Shown here in pieces: positions 21,632 through 32,145 of a stretch of DNA of 64,000 nucleotides (position 1 is the first letter of the stretch; each line of letters opens with the position of its first letter). Both the position numbers and the translations under genes were made by a program. The notes below the pieces were generated by a model that saw nothing but the letters and a program-made list of their open reading frames with translations, was not told the origin of the DNA and did not search any database. Origin of the DNA: Lachnospiraceae bacterium (lineage in GTDB: Bacteria > Bacillota > Clostridia > Lachnospirales > Lachnospiraceae); assembly GCA_030537215.1 (NCBI GenBank), contig JAUNOF010000003.1:2610-66609 (forward strand), given 5' to 3'.

Positions 21632-21658
21632 GGGGTCAAAATACCTTTTGACCCCTTT
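21632..21658 (+). terminator. Hairpin after first GNAT gene
   Basis: GGGGTCAAAA-TACC-TTTTGACCCC followed by TTT. Confidence 0.65.
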
Positions 21659-21660
21659 GA

Positions 21661-21701
21661 TACCAGAACTGCTGTGAGAACCTGGTAATCAGATTGAAGG
21701 C
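21661..21701 (+). repeat. Solo truncated copy of the 96 bp repeat unit found at 47701-47892
   Basis: TACCAGAACTGCTGTGAGAACCTGGTAATCAGATTGAAGGC matches unit 2 at 35/41 positions. Confidence 0.72.
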
Positions 21702-21720
21702 AGAAAAGGAGGCGCCATAT

Positions 21721-22251
21721 ATGATATACATAAAGGAATTAAATGAACAGGACAAGGAAAAGGAGTATCAGGTTTTATATCATCTTCCGGAAGAAGAAAT
21801 GGGCTTTACCAACCCGTACCATCATTTAACCAGGGAAGCCTTCGAGTCGGAAGTATTTCCCAGGTTGATCCGGTATTCAAAGGGAATTGGAATGCCGGAA
21901 GGCTGGGTGCCGGAGACCTACTATTTTCTATGGGATGATGAGGAGATCGTGGGGCTATTCCGTCTCCGGCATTTCCTGAATGAAGGGCTGAAGAAGCGGG
22001 GCGGCCATATTGGTTATGGGATTTTAAAACCATATCGCCGCAAAGGCTATGGAACAGCAGGATTAAAGCTGGTGCTGGAGAAGGCATGGAACATGATTCC
22101 AGAGGAAGAGATCTGGCTGTCCTGCCAGAAGAACAATCCAGCATCCTTAAAGATCATGATGAACAATGGTGCTGTCATTCACCATGAGGATGAAACAGAA
22201 TACTATACACGGATCCGCAAAGGGAATCTGCGCCTGCAGACGGAAGAATAA
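21721..22251 (+). CDS. GNAT family N-acetyltransferase
   Basis: GWVPETYYF, GGHIGYGI..PYRRKGYG, NPASLK. Confidence 0.87.
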   Translation: MIYIKELNEQDKEKEYQVLYHLPEEEMGFTNPYHHLTREAFESEVFPRLIRYSKGIGMPEGWVPETYYFLWDDEEIVGLFRLRHFLNEGLKKRGGHIGYGILKPYRRKGYGTAGLKLVLEKAWNMIPEEEIWLSCQKNNPASLKIMMNNGAVIHHEDETEYYTRIRKGNLRLQTEE

Positions 22252-22335
22252 GAAGCAGGAAGCAAAAATGATTGTGAAATCAGAAGGGAAATAAAAAGCA
22301 GGATATGAATCGCTGCAGGAAAGGAAGCAAAGAAC

Positions 22336-23277
22336 ATGGAAAAACGCCCTCTTATCATCTTAACCGGCCCCACCGCCGTAGGAAAAACTGATCTGTCCAT
22401 CCGGCTTGCCAAGGCGATAGGCGGAGAGATCATCAGCGCAGATTCTATGCAGGTATACCGCCATATGGATATCGGCTCTGCGAAGGTGATGCCGGAGGAG
22501 ATGGATGGTGTCCCCCATTATCTGATTGATGTGCTGGATCCTACAGAAGATTTTAATGTGGTGATCTTCCAGCAGATGGCGAAAAAGGCTCTGGAGGAGA
22601 TTTATTCCCATGGCAATATCCCGATTGTGGCAGGAGGAACGGGATTTTACATTCAGGCGCTGCTCTATGACATTGATTTTAAAGAAAACCCGGAGGGAGA
22701 TCACATCCGGCAGGAGCTGGAGCAGCTGGCGGAGGAAAAGGGAGCGGAGTATCTGCACCAGCTTCTTGCCGAAGCGGACCCGGAGTCGGCAGAGGCGATT
22801 CACAGCAATAATGTGAAGCGGGTGATCCGTGCCTTGGAGTATTTCCGTCAAACCGGAGAGAAGATCTCGATTCACAATGAGCAGGAGCGGCAGAAGGAAT
22901 CTCCATACAAGTTCCTTTACTTCGTAGTGAATACGGAGCGCAGCCTGCTGTATGAGAGGATTGACCGCCGGGTGGACCGGATGATGGAGCAGGGGTTGGT
23001 GGATGAGGTGCGGCGGCTGCAGGAAATGGGCTGCTGCCGGGGCATGGTGTCTATGCAGGGACTTGGTTATAAGGAGATCCTGGATTACCTGAATGGGGCC
23101 TGTACACTGAATGAGGCAGTCTATATCTTAAAACGGGATACCCGGCATTTTGCCAAGCGCCAGATCACCTGGTTTAAGCGGGAGCGGGATGTCCAGTGGC
23201 TGAATCTGCCGGAATTTAACTTTAATAAGGATCAGGTTTTGGAATATATGATCAGCAGAATCCAGGAATGCGAATGA
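22336..23277 (+). CDS. miaA: tRNA dimethylallyltransferase
   Basis: GPTAVGKT, ISADSMQVY, GGTGFY, AKRQITWF. Confidence 0.96.
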   Translation: MEKRPLIILTGPTAVGKTDLSIRLAKAIGGEIISADSMQVYRHMDIGSAKVMPEEMDGVPHYLIDVLDPTEDFNVVIFQQMAKKALEEIYSHGNIPIVAGGTGFYIQALLYDIDFKENPEGDHIRQELEQLAEEKGAEYLHQLLAEADPESAEAIHSNNVKRVIRALEYFRQTGEKISIHNEQERQKESPYKFLYFVVNTERSLLYERIDRRVDRMMEQGLVDEVRRLQEMGCCRGMVSMQGLGYKEILDYLNGACTLNEAVYILKRDTRHFAKRQITWFKRERDVQWLNLPEFNFNKDQVLEYMISRIQECE

Positions 23278-23489
23278 TAGAGCTTTCGCCCGCTTTTCGC
23301 TGATTTTAGCAGTTTTCAGCCAAAAGAGCAGGGAATCTGGCGAAAAGTTTAAAAAGAAATACAAGAAAGAAATTGACAAACAGCAGAGAAATGCGGAAAA
23401 TATACAGAGGATGCAGATTGGAAGCCTGGAAGGAAGGGGATTTTAAATCTGCGTCCAACATGATAATAAAGGAAAGAAGACAATATTTT

Positions 23490-24776
23490 ATGAACACAAA
23501 TGAAATGTACCGACAGTTAGGAATCAGCGATCCGGTTCTGGCCTTCTGCAATGAGATTGAGGACAGCTTAAAGGAGCGCTTTGAAACCATCGATGAGACT
23601 GCTGAATACAATCAGATGAAAGTGATCAAGGCTATGCAGGACAACCGGGTCAGCGATATCCATTTTGCCGCCACTACCGGCTACGGCTACAATGATCTGG
23701 GACGGGATACCCTGGAGGAGGTATATGCCAGCATGTTCCACACAGAGGCAGCCCTGGTGCGCCCCAATCTGATCAGCGGCACCCATGCCCTCCATATTGC
23801 GCTGTCCGGCAATCTGCGCCCTGGAGATGAGCTGCTGTCTCCGGTAGGCAAGCCCTATGATACCCTGGAGGAGGTGATCGGCATTCGGGATTCCGTTGGT
23901 TCCTTAAAGGAGTACGGCGTGTCCTACCGTCAGGTGGATCTGCTTCCCGGAGGGAAATTTGATTACGATGGAATTGCCAAAGCCATCAATGAGAAGACAA
24001 AGCTGGTGACCATTCAACGCTCCAAAGGCTATGATCCACGTCCTACTTTATCGGTAGAGCAGATCGGGGAACTGATCGCATTTATCAAAAGCATTAAGCC
24101 AGAGGTCATCTGCATGGTAGATAATTGCTACGGAGAATTTGTAGAAACCATTGAGCCTACAGATGTAGGCGCCGACATGATCGTTGGTTCCCTGATCAAA
24201 AATCCTGGCGGCGGCCTGGCTCCCATCGGCGGCTATATCGCAGGCAGAAAGGACTGCATTGACCGTTCGTCTTACCGATTAAGTGCTCCTGGCCTGGGCA
24301 AGGAGGTGGGCGCCAGCCTTGGCCTGAATACCTCCTTCTATCAGGGCCTGTTTCTGTCTCCTACTGTGGTGGCAGGCGCCATCAAGGGCGCTGTCTTTGC
24401 AGCCAATGTATACGAAAAACTGGGCTTTGCTGTAGTTCCAAACGGAACGGAGGAGCGTTATGACATCATTCAGGCAATCACCTTCGGAACTCCGGAAGGT
24501 GTGATCGCCTTCTGCCAGGGAATCCAGGCAGCCGCTCCAGTAGACAGCTTCGTCACCCCGGAGCCATGGGACATGCCTGGTTATGATGCTCCAGTTATCA
24601 TGGCAGCCGGCGCCTTCGTCCAGGGCTCCTCCATAGAGCTGAGCGCAGACGGGCCCATCAAGCCTCCATATGCGGTCTATTTCCAGGGAGGTTTGACCTG
24701 GTATCATGCAAAGCTTGGCATTATGATGTCTTTGCAGAAGTTGATTGAGAACGGTGTAGTCACATTAAAAAAATAA
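23490..24776 (+). CDS. ynbB: Methionine gamma-lyase family / YnbB PLP-dependent protein
   Basis: TTGYGYNDLGRD, VDNCYGEFVE, GSLIKNPGGG, SIELSADGP; conserved position after miaA. Confidence 0.88.
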   Translation: MNTNEMYRQLGISDPVLAFCNEIEDSLKERFETIDETAEYNQMKVIKAMQDNRVSDIHFAATTGYGYNDLGRDTLEEVYASMFHTEAALVRPNLISGTHALHIALSGNLRPGDELLSPVGKPYDTLEEVIGIRDSVGSLKEYGVSYRQVDLLPGGKFDYDGIAKAINEKTKLVTIQRSKGYDPRPTLSVEQIGELIAFIKSIKPEVICMVDNCYGEFVETIEPTDVGADMIVGSLIKNPGGGLAPIGGYIAGRKDCIDRSSYRLSAPGLGKEVGASLGLNTSFYQGLFLSPTVVAGAIKGAVFAANVYEKLGFAVVPNGTEERYDIIQAITFGTPEGVIAFCQGIQAAAPVDSFVTPEPWDMPGYDAPVIMAAGAFVQGSSIELSADGPIKPPYAVYFQGGLTWYHAKLGIMMSLQKLIENGVVTLKK

Positions 24777-24873
24777 GCAAAAACCTTACGGAATTATAAA
24801 AATTTTTCAGATCCTATACAGAACTGGAAAGTTATGATAAAATGAAAGATGGACATGGGGGAGCGCATAGACG

Positions 24874-25125
24874 ATGAGAAATAAAAATTTTTGGGTGCTG
24901 TTGATCTTACTCCTGGCAGGAGTTGTCCTGGGAGGCTTCATTGGAAGTATTACGGAAGGAATTCCGCTGCTTTCCTGGTTAAGCTTCGGAGAATCCTTTG
25001 GACTGAATACGCCTCTGGTCCTGAATTTCGGCATCCTTGTCATTACCTTCGGATTATCCATCCGGATCACCATGGCAGGTATCATCGGCATGGCGCTGGC
25101 CCTTTTGATCTACCGCTGGCTGTAA
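24874..25125 (+). CDS. DUF4321 small membrane protein
   Basis: Hydrophobic 83 aa protein with WLSFGESFGL..LNFGILVITFGLSI; typical position before radC. Confidence 0.75.
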   Translation: MRNKNFWVLLILLLAGVVLGGFIGSITEGIPLLSWLSFGESFGLNTPLVLNFGILVITFGLSIRITMAGIIGMALALLIYRWL

Positions 25126-25245
25126 GGGAATCAGCTGCATCATAGCTGGTTTGCATCTGTGGAGTAATTCCGCAGTGACACAGTGGTTTTCCATATATCT
25201 TCCCTGGGAATTCGTACTTGGAGAGTAAGAAACTGGAGGATATAT

Positions 25246-25998
25246 ATGAGACAAACAAATGTTCAGAGGAAAGAATTGACGAGAGAATCGTCAAGGCCAC
25301 AGGAAGCTCGAAAGAAAATGAAAGACATTCCTGCAGAGGAGCGTCCTTATGAGCGATGTCTGAAAATGGGGCCGGAGCATCTGACGGATGCAGAGCTTCT
25401 GGCGGTCATTATCCGGACTGGCTCCAGGGAGGAGACCTCTCTGGAACTGGCACAAAAGATATTAGCCTTAAACTATCCGAATAAGGGTATTTTAGGGCTT
25501 TTGCATCTTTCTCTGCCGGAATTTATGAAAATCAAAGGAATTGGACAGGTGAAAGCGATCCAGCTTTTGTGTATCGGAGAGCTGTCCCGGCGGATCTGGC
25601 GGCAGGCAGCAGGAGCTGGAAAGTCAGTTTTAAAGGAGCCTTCCCAGATCGCGGAGTACTGTATGGAAGAAATGCGCCATCTGGAGCAGGAGCAGGTGAG
25701 AGTTCTGTTTTTTGACACCAGACAGCATCTGATACGGGAATCCGTTATTTCCAAGGGGACGGTGAATTCCTCCCTGATCTCACCGAGAGAGATCTTTATC
25801 GAAGCGCTGCGCTGCGGTGCAGTTGCACTGATTCTGGTGCACAATCACCCAAGCGGCGATCCTGCCCCAAGCAAGGAGGATGAGCTGATGACCAGACGGG
25901 TTTTTGAGGCTGGCCAGATGATTGGGATTTACCTGTTAGACCATGTGATTATCGGCGATACTACTTATATCAGTTTACGGGAACGAGGAATATTATAG
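25246..25998 (+). CDS. radC: RadC/JAB domain protein
   Basis: ERPYER, ELLAVIIRTG, HhH IKGIG, HNHPSGDP. Confidence 0.92.
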   Translation: MRQTNVQRKELTRESSRPQEARKKMKDIPAEERPYERCLKMGPEHLTDAELLAVIIRTGSREETSLELAQKILALNYPNKGILGLLHLSLPEFMKIKGIGQVKAIQLLCIGELSRRIWRQAAGAGKSVLKEPSQIAEYCMEEMRHLEQEQVRVLFFDTRQHLIRESVISKGTVNSSLISPREIFIEALRCGAVALILVHNHPSGDPAPSKEDELMTRRVFEAGQMIGIYLLDHVIIGDTTYISLRERGIL

Positions 25999-26871
25999 AT
26001 GGAAACAAAGCGCAGCAAATATCTGTTGATCGGACTTACGGTCATCTGTATCCTGCTGATAGGAATCACTTCAATTAAAGATGGAATTATGGAGCCGCTG
26101 CGGACCGGCGTGGGATATGTGTTGGTTCCCATCCAGACCGGCGTCAATGCAGTAGGAAAGGGAATTTACACGGAGATGCGGGATTACAGCCAGCTGAAAA
26201 GCGCTCTCGCTGAAAATGAAAAGCTGAAGGACGAGGTGGCCCGCCTGATGGAGGAAAATAACCGCCTGCAGGCCGGTCAGTTTGAATTGTCCCGTCTCAG
26301 GGAGCTGTACCAGCTGGATCAGGATTATATGAATTATGAAAAGATCGGCGCCCGGATCATTGCAAAGGACTCTGGTGACTGGTTTCAGGTGTTCCGGGTG
26401 AATAAAGGCTCGGCAGACGGCGTGGAGGTAGATGATAATGTGATGGCCGGAGGCGGTCTGGTGGGGATTGTGACAGATGTTGGCGCCAACTATGCCACGG
26501 TTCGTTCTATTATTGACGATTCCAGCCGGGTCAGCGCCATGGCGATCCAGTCGGGAGATAACTGTATTGTAGCTGGCGATCTGACTCTGTTCCAGGAGGG
26601 GCGGCTTCGGATCACCAATATCACAAAGGACGGAGATGTGAAGGATGGTGATCAAATCATCACCTCCAATATCAGCTCCAAGTTCCTTCCAGGCATCCTC
26701 ATCGGCTATGCGGCAGATATTACCGTGGACCCTGAGCGGCTGACCAAATCAGGCTATCTGATTCCGGTGGCTGACTTTGATAATCTTCAGGAGGTGCTGA
26801 TCATTACAGGAACGAAGAGCACCGGAGAGGAAGAAACGGAAACAGAAGCAGGAGAGGAGGCCGGTTCATGA
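25999..26871 (+). CDS. mreC: Rod shape-determining protein MreC
   Basis: N-terminal TM, coiled coil, NKGSADGV, GLVGIV, ITSNIS..LPGILIG. Confidence 0.92.
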   Translation: METKRSKYLLIGLTVICILLIGITSIKDGIMEPLRTGVGYVLVPIQTGVNAVGKGIYTEMRDYSQLKSALAENEKLKDEVARLMEENNRLQAGQFELSRLRELYQLDQDYMNYEKIGARIIAKDSGDWFQVFRVNKGSADGVEVDDNVMAGGGLVGIVTDVGANYATVRSIIDDSSRVSAMAIQSGDNCIVAGDLTLFQEGRLRITNITKDGDVKDGDQIITSNISSKFLPGILIGYAADITVDPERLTKSGYLIPVADFDNLQEVLIITGTKSTGEEETETEAGEEAGS

Positions 26872-27386
26872 GGCGGATTCTGGTTAATTTACTGCTGATG
26901 GTACTGGCATTTACCATTCAGACCTGTGTTTTCCCTATGATTCCATTCCTGTCGGCGGCGCCGAATCTGCTTTTGATCCTGACCTTTTCCTTTGGATTTA
27001 TCCATGGAAGCTGGGCAGGGATGCTGTACGGCCTGTTTGCAGGCCTGCTGTCTGATTTGTTTTACAGCGGTCCTTTTGGATTTTATATGCTGATTTTTGT
27101 TTATATCGGTTATGTGAATGGGATCTGTACCAAATACTATTATGAGGATTATATCACCCTGCCGCTGATCTTATGTGTGTTAAATGAGCTGGCTTATAAT
27201 TTATATATGTATGTGTTCCGCTTCCTGATCCGGGGCAAGCTGAATTTGCTTTATTACTTTCGAGAGATCATGGTGCCGGAGATCCTATTCAGCGTTGTGA
27301 CCACCCTTTTCATTTACCGGCTGTTCTTATTTACCAGCCGGAGGCTGGAAGAGATGGAAAAAAGGAGAGATACGACCATTGTTTGA
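26868..27386 (+). CDS. mreD: Rod shape-determining protein MreD
   Basis: Hydrophobic protein with PNLLLI, GLLSDL; between mreC and PBP. Confidence 0.88.
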   Translation: MRRILVNLLLMVLAFTIQTCVFPMIPFLSAAPNLLLILTFSFGFIHGSWAGMLYGLFAGLLSDLFYSGPFGFYMLIFVYIGYVNGICTKYYYEDYITLPLILCVLNELAYNLYMYVFRFLIRGKLNLLYYFREIMVPEILFSVVTTLFIYRLFLFTSRRLEEMEKRRDTTIV

Positions 27387-30270
27387 AGACTTGCGTGAGA
27401 TACTGAAGGAATTTATCCATAAAGTTGCTTATTCCAGACTATTCGCCCTTACAGTTGCCTTTACCTGCATGTTTGGGGTATTAGGCGTTCATCTGTTTAA
27501 CCTGCAGATCGTGAAAGGGGAGGATACGCTGAAATATTATATTCAACAGACAGAACAAACTCTGTATACAGCCGGTACACGAGGAAATATTTATGACAAA
27601 AACGGGAAGCTGCTGGCTTACAATGAGCTTGCCTATTCCGTTACCGTACAGGACACAGGTGCCTACCGCACCACGGCTGAGATGAATCAGATGCTGCTTC
27701 GGCTGGTCCGGATACTGGAAAAGCATGATGCAGATGTACAGGGAAAGTTCGAGGTCGGCCTTGACGAGAGCGGGGAAATGGTCTTTACCTCCTACAGCGA
27801 TACAGGCCGGCTTGGTTTTCTGCGGGATATCTTCGGCAAACGGAATATCAGTGAGCTGAGGGAAGAGATTGATAAGGATCTGGGCAAATATCCTGCGGAT
27901 GTGACTGCCAGAGAACTGTTTGAGAAGAAAAAGAAAGATTACGAACTGGATATCATAAAGGATGAAAAGGGAAATACCATTATGCTGGATGATAAGACCG
28001 CTCTGGATCTGATCAATATCCGGTATACCATGTCCCTGACCTCCTTCCAGAGATACTTATCTACTACGGTTGCTACCTATGTAGATGATGAAACCGTAGC
28101 GGAGGTGATGGAAAATACGGCAGACCTGCAGGGAGTGAATATTGAAGAGTCGTCTGTGCGGGTTTACAATGACAGCATTTATTTTGCTCCCATCATCGGC
28201 TACACCGGAAAAATGCAGAAAGAACGTCTGGAGGAGCTGCAGCAGTCCAATCCCGATTATGATATCAATGATACCATTGGCCTGATCGGCATTGAAGCCT
28301 CCATGGAACTGGAGCTTCAGGGAAAAAAGGGCTACCGCGTGGTGAATGTGGACAACCGTGGAAGAATCCGGGAGGTGAAGGAGGAAACAGAACCGGTAGC
28401 CGGGCATGATATCTATCTCACCCTGGACAGCGACCTTCAGAAAGGAATTTACCATATTATTGAGCGTCAGCTGGCTGGTATTCTGGTGAGTAAGCTGGTC
28501 CCTGAGGATGATCCAAATACCGAAAATACCGATGCAAGTAATTTAAAAATACCGATCAAGGATGCCTACTATCAGCTGATCAACAACAATGTTCTCTCCT
28601 TAAGCGAATTTGAAGCAGAGGATGCCTCTGAGACCGAACGGCAGATCCAAAGCACCTTTGAAAGCTCCAGGGAGCGGATCATGGCACAGCTTCGTGCTGA
28701 GCTGATGAGTGAAAATGCTACTATGATGAAAGACCTGCCCAAGGACATGGCAAATTATATGGTATACATCTATTCCTACCTGTCCTCCTCTGCTGTGGGG
28801 ATCATAGACGAGTCTAAGATCGATACCAATGGGGAGGAATATCTGGCCTGGAAGGCAGATGAGATCAGTCTGCGGGATTATCTTTATTCCGGAATTGCGG
28901 ACAGTTGGGTGGATACTACGAAATTAAACGCTGACAGCCGCTATTCCAGTGCGGATGATATCTATAACCAGCTGGTGGATTACTGCCTGGAACAGCTGAT
29001 GGATGATTCCAGATTTACCAAGCGGATCTACCGGTTCCTGATCGATGACAATATTATTACAGGAAAGCAGCTTTGCCTTGCCCTTTATGACCAGGGTGTG
29101 CTGCCGGAGGAACCCAGTCAGATCGCTGCTCTGCGCGGAAATGGAGAAGCCTACGCTTACACCTTTCTGCTGGACAAGATATCCAAGATCCAGATTACAC
29201 CGGCTCAGCTTGCGCTGGATCCTTACAGCGGCGCCTGTGTGATTACTGATGTGAACACCGGTGAGGTGAGAGCACTGGTAACTTATCCAAGCTACGATAA
29301 TAACCGGATGTCCGGCACGGTAGACAGCGCTTATTTCTCCAGGCTTCAAAATGACTTATCGCAGCCGCTATACAACAATGCAACTCAGGCACAGAAGGCG
29401 CCTGGCTCCACTTTTAAGCCGATCACAGCCATCGCCGGTCTGGAGGAAGGCGTCATCAATCTTGGAGAGACCATTAACTGTACCGGCATCTTTGAGGATG
29501 TGGCTACGCCGATCCGCTGCTGGATCAGCCCGGGGCATCACGGACCGCTGGATGTGGTAGGCGGCCTGCAGAATTCCTGCAACTACTTTTTCTCGGAGGT
29601 GGCTCACCGGCTGTCCATGGACGAAAATGGAGTTTACAATACAGAAAAGGGTCTGGCGCTGCTTCGGAAATATGCTACTATGTTTGGCCTGGATCATGAT
29701 TCCGGCGTAGAGATCTCGGAGCGTGATCCGGAAATCTCTAATATTGACCCGGAGCGTTCTGCTATGGGACAGGGTACCAATAACTATACGAATGTACAGC
29801 TTTCCCGCTATGTAGCTGCATTGGCAAACCGGGGAACCGTATTTGAGTTAAGCCTTCTGGATAAGGAAACAGACTCCGACGGCAATCTGATCCAGGATTT
29901 TACACCGGAGATCAGCTCTCAGATCCAGATCCAGGATTCTACCTGGAATGCAGTTGCGCAGGGGATGCGGGCGGTGATTACACAAAGCTCCGCTTCCAAG
30001 ATCTTTAAGGATCTGCCCATTGAGATCGCCGGTAAGACCGGTACGGCTCAGGAGTCACGGAGCAGAGGAAACCATGCATTTTTTATCTCCTACGGTCCCT
30101 ATACCAATCCGGAGATCTGTGTGACAGTGAATATTCCCTATGGATATTCCTCGTCCAATGCAGCTACTGTGGCAAAGCATGTATATGAGCTGTATTACGG
30201 ATATACCAGTGTAGATGAGATTGTAAATACAGGAGCATTGGAAACATCAAATGTAACCATTGGAGATTAG
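27379..30270 (+). CDS. Class B penicillin-binding protein (PBP2-like)
   Basis: RGNIYD, PGSTFKP (SxxK), SCN, KTGTAQ motifs. Confidence 0.92.
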   Translation: MFEDLREILKEFIHKVAYSRLFALTVAFTCMFGVLGVHLFNLQIVKGEDTLKYYIQQTEQTLYTAGTRGNIYDKNGKLLAYNELAYSVTVQDTGAYRTTAEMNQMLLRLVRILEKHDADVQGKFEVGLDESGEMVFTSYSDTGRLGFLRDIFGKRNISELREEIDKDLGKYPADVTARELFEKKKKDYELDIIKDEKGNTIMLDDKTALDLINIRYTMSLTSFQRYLSTTVATYVDDETVAEVMENTADLQGVNIEESSVRVYNDSIYFAPIIGYTGKMQKERLEELQQSNPDYDINDTIGLIGIEASMELELQGKKGYRVVNVDNRGRIREVKEETEPVAGHDIYLTLDSDLQKGIYHIIERQLAGILVSKLVPEDDPNTENTDASNLKIPIKDAYYQLINNNVLSLSEFEAEDASETERQIQSTFESSRERIMAQLRAELMSENATMMKDLPKDMANYMVYIYSYLSSSAVGIIDESKIDTNGEEYLAWKADEISLRDYLYSGIADSWVDTTKLNADSRYSSADDIYNQLVDYCLEQLMDDSRFTKRIYRFLIDDNIITGKQLCLALYDQGVLPEEPSQIAALRGNGEAYAYTFLLDKISKIQITPAQLALDPYSGACVITDVNTGEVRALVTYPSYDNNRMSGTVDSAYFSRLQNDLSQPLYNNATQAQKAPGSTFKPITAIAGLEEGVINLGETINCTGIFEDVATPIRCWISPGHHGPLDVVGGLQNSCNYFFSEVAHRLSMDENGVYNTEKGLALLRKYATMFGLDHDSGVEISERDPEISNIDPERSAMGQGTNNYTNVQLSRYVAALANRGTVFELSLLDKETDSDGNLIQDFTPEISSQIQIQDSTWNAVAQGMRAVITQSSASKIFKDLPIEIAGKTGTAQESRSRGNHAFFISYGPYTNPEICVTVNIPYGYSSSNAATVAKHVYELYYGYTSVDEIVNTGALETSNVTIGD

Positions 30271-30344
30271 TGTACTGTCTCGAAACAGGAACGTGTCCGT
30301 GCACGATTTTCCGATCAGGTTCATGAATGAACTGAGGTGATGCT

Positions 30345-31010
30345 ATGCGTAGTACCGTTGTGATAAAAGGAAATAAATCCGGCATGAGTGTATATCTGGA
30401 TCCGAAGGTTCCCTTTGAACAGATTCTGGCCGATATCGAAAGAAAATTCCGGGAAAGCGCAAAATTCTGGGGCTCAGTTCAGATGGCCCTTGCCCTGGAA
30501 GGACGCAGGCTTACGCCGGAGGAAGAGTACCAGATTGTAAATGCGATTATGGGAAGCTCGCAGGTAGAGATCCTGTGCCTGATCGACCAGAATGGAGAGC
30601 AGATCCGTCGGTGTGAGAAGGCGCTGAATGAAAAGCTGATGGAGTTAAGTTCCCAGACCGGACAGTTCTATAAAGGAACCCTGTTCCGGGGTGACAGCCT
30701 GGAATCGGAGGCCAGCATTGTGGTGATCGGAGATGTCCATCACGGCGCCAGAGTAACCGCTAAGGGAAATATCATCATTCTGGGTGAATTGAAGGGATCG
30801 GTGTTTGCCGGGGCTGCAGGCAATGAATCTGCTGTAGTGGTAGCTTTGGATATGGCGCCGGTCCAGATTCGGATCGCCGACTATTCCAGCCGCGTGGGCG
30901 AAAAGAATAGGCGGCTGGGGCGCGGCCCGATGATTGCCAGTGTGGAAAATGGAGCGATATGCACAAAACTTATGAAAAAGAATGTTTTGAGCATGTTTAA
31001 TTTTAATTAA
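30345..31010 (+). CDS. minC: Septum site-determining protein MinC
   Basis: VVIKG, VVIGDVHHGA..GNIIILG; upstream of minD. Confidence 0.9.
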   Translation: MRSTVVIKGNKSGMSVYLDPKVPFEQILADIERKFRESAKFWGSVQMALALEGRRLTPEEEYQIVNAIMGSSQVEILCLIDQNGEQIRRCEKALNEKLMELSSQTGQFYKGTLFRGDSLESEASIVVIGDVHHGARVTAKGNIIILGELKGSVFAGAAGNESAVVVALDMAPVQIRIADYSSRVGEKNRRLGRGPMIASVENGAICTKLMKKNVLSMFNFN

Positions 31011-31074
31011 TACTGGAAAAAATCAAGGTTATATAGTATAATATAATAGCTATTTTATGCAGGAGGATAACGAC

Positions 31075-31866
31075 ATGAGTGAAGTGATTGTTATTACTTC
31101 CGGAAAAGGAGGGGTCGGCAAGACCACCACTTCTGCAAACGTAGGAACCGGACTTGCCATCCTGGGAAAGAAGACGGTATTGATTGATACGGATATTGGT
31201 CTTCGGAACCTGGACGTGGTTATGGGACTGGAGAACCGGATTGTTTATAATCTGGTGGACGTTGTAGAAGGGAATTGCCGCATGAAGCAGGCCCTCATAA
31301 GAGACAAAAGATATCCGAACCTGTATTTACTGCCATCTGCTCAGACCAGAGATAAGAATGCGGTCAGCCCGGAGCAGATGACGAAGCTGGTAGACGATCT
31401 GAGGGATGAGTTTGACTACATACTGCTGGATTGTCCGGCCGGTATTGAACGTGGCTTTCAGAATGCTATCGCAGGCGCTGACAGAGCGTTAGTGGTGACG
31501 ACTCCTGAGGTATCTGCTATTCGGGATGCGGACCGTATTATCGGACTTCTGGAAGCTGCCGAGATGGGCGCGATCGATCTGATCGTAAACCGTATCCGTA
31601 TGGATATGGTGCGACGGGGGGATATGATGTCCATGGATGATGTGATGGACATCCTTGCTGTGAATGTAATTGGGGTGGTGCCGGATGATGAGTCTATTGT
31701 CATTTCCACCAACCAGGGGGAACCGCTGGTTGGGATGGGTTCCCTGGCCGGACAGGCTTACTTGAATATCTGCCGGCGCATCATGGGGGAGCAGCTGCCA
31801 TTCCTCAGCCTGGATACCCAGCCTAAGTTTTTAATGCGGCTGTCAAGCCTTTTAAGAAAGGCTTAG
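31075..31866 (+). CDS. minD: Septum site-determining ATPase MinD
   Basis: SGKGGVGKTT, DIGLRNLD, DCPAGIE, C-terminal amphipathic helix. Confidence 0.96.
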   Translation: MSEVIVITSGKGGVGKTTTSANVGTGLAILGKKTVLIDTDIGLRNLDVVMGLENRIVYNLVDVVEGNCRMKQALIRDKRYPNLYLLPSAQTRDKNAVSPEQMTKLVDDLRDEFDYILLDCPAGIERGFQNAIAGADRALVVTTPEVSAIRDADRIIGLLEAAEMGAIDLIVNRIRMDMVRRGDMMSMDDVMDILAVNVIGVVPDDESIVISTNQGEPLVGMGSLAGQAYLNICRRIMGEQLPFLSLDTQPKFLMRLSSLLRKA

Positions 31867-31877
31867 GAGGGGATCAG

Positions 31878-32144
31878 ATGGTTTTGAGTGTATTTCAGAG
31901 GATCCGCAGGAATCATTCCGGAAGCCTTGCGAAAAAGCGGCTGCAGGTGGTTCTGGTCACAGACAAGGTGGATTGTTCGCCGGAGCTGATAGAAAGGATG
32001 AAGGATGACATGATTCGTGTCATATCGAAATACATGACGATTGACCGGGAGGGCATTGAAATAAGAGTTGTGAATGGCCGTCCGGGAACAGCGCTTTATG
32101 CTGCATTCCCGATTCTTGATATACCGAGTAAGGGGATATGCTGA
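31878..32144 (+). CDS. minE: Cell division topological specificity factor MinE
   Basis: AKKRLQVVL..D, VISKY; follows minD. Confidence 0.88.
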   Translation: MVLSVFQRIRRNHSGSLAKKRLQVVLVTDKVDCSPELIERMKDDMIRVISKYMTIDREGIEIRVVNGRPGTALYAAFPILDIPSKGIC

Positions 32145-32145
32145 T

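Noticed and set aside
23278-23489. Possible hfq or riboswitch between miaA and ynbB
   Set aside because: No Hfq-like ORF; only a loose CTTTTCGC/GCGAAAAG stem with no recognisable riboswitch motif
25246-25998. RadC/JAB gene as a sign of a mobile or defence element
   Set aside because: Full-length chromosomal form in its usual position before the mre genes
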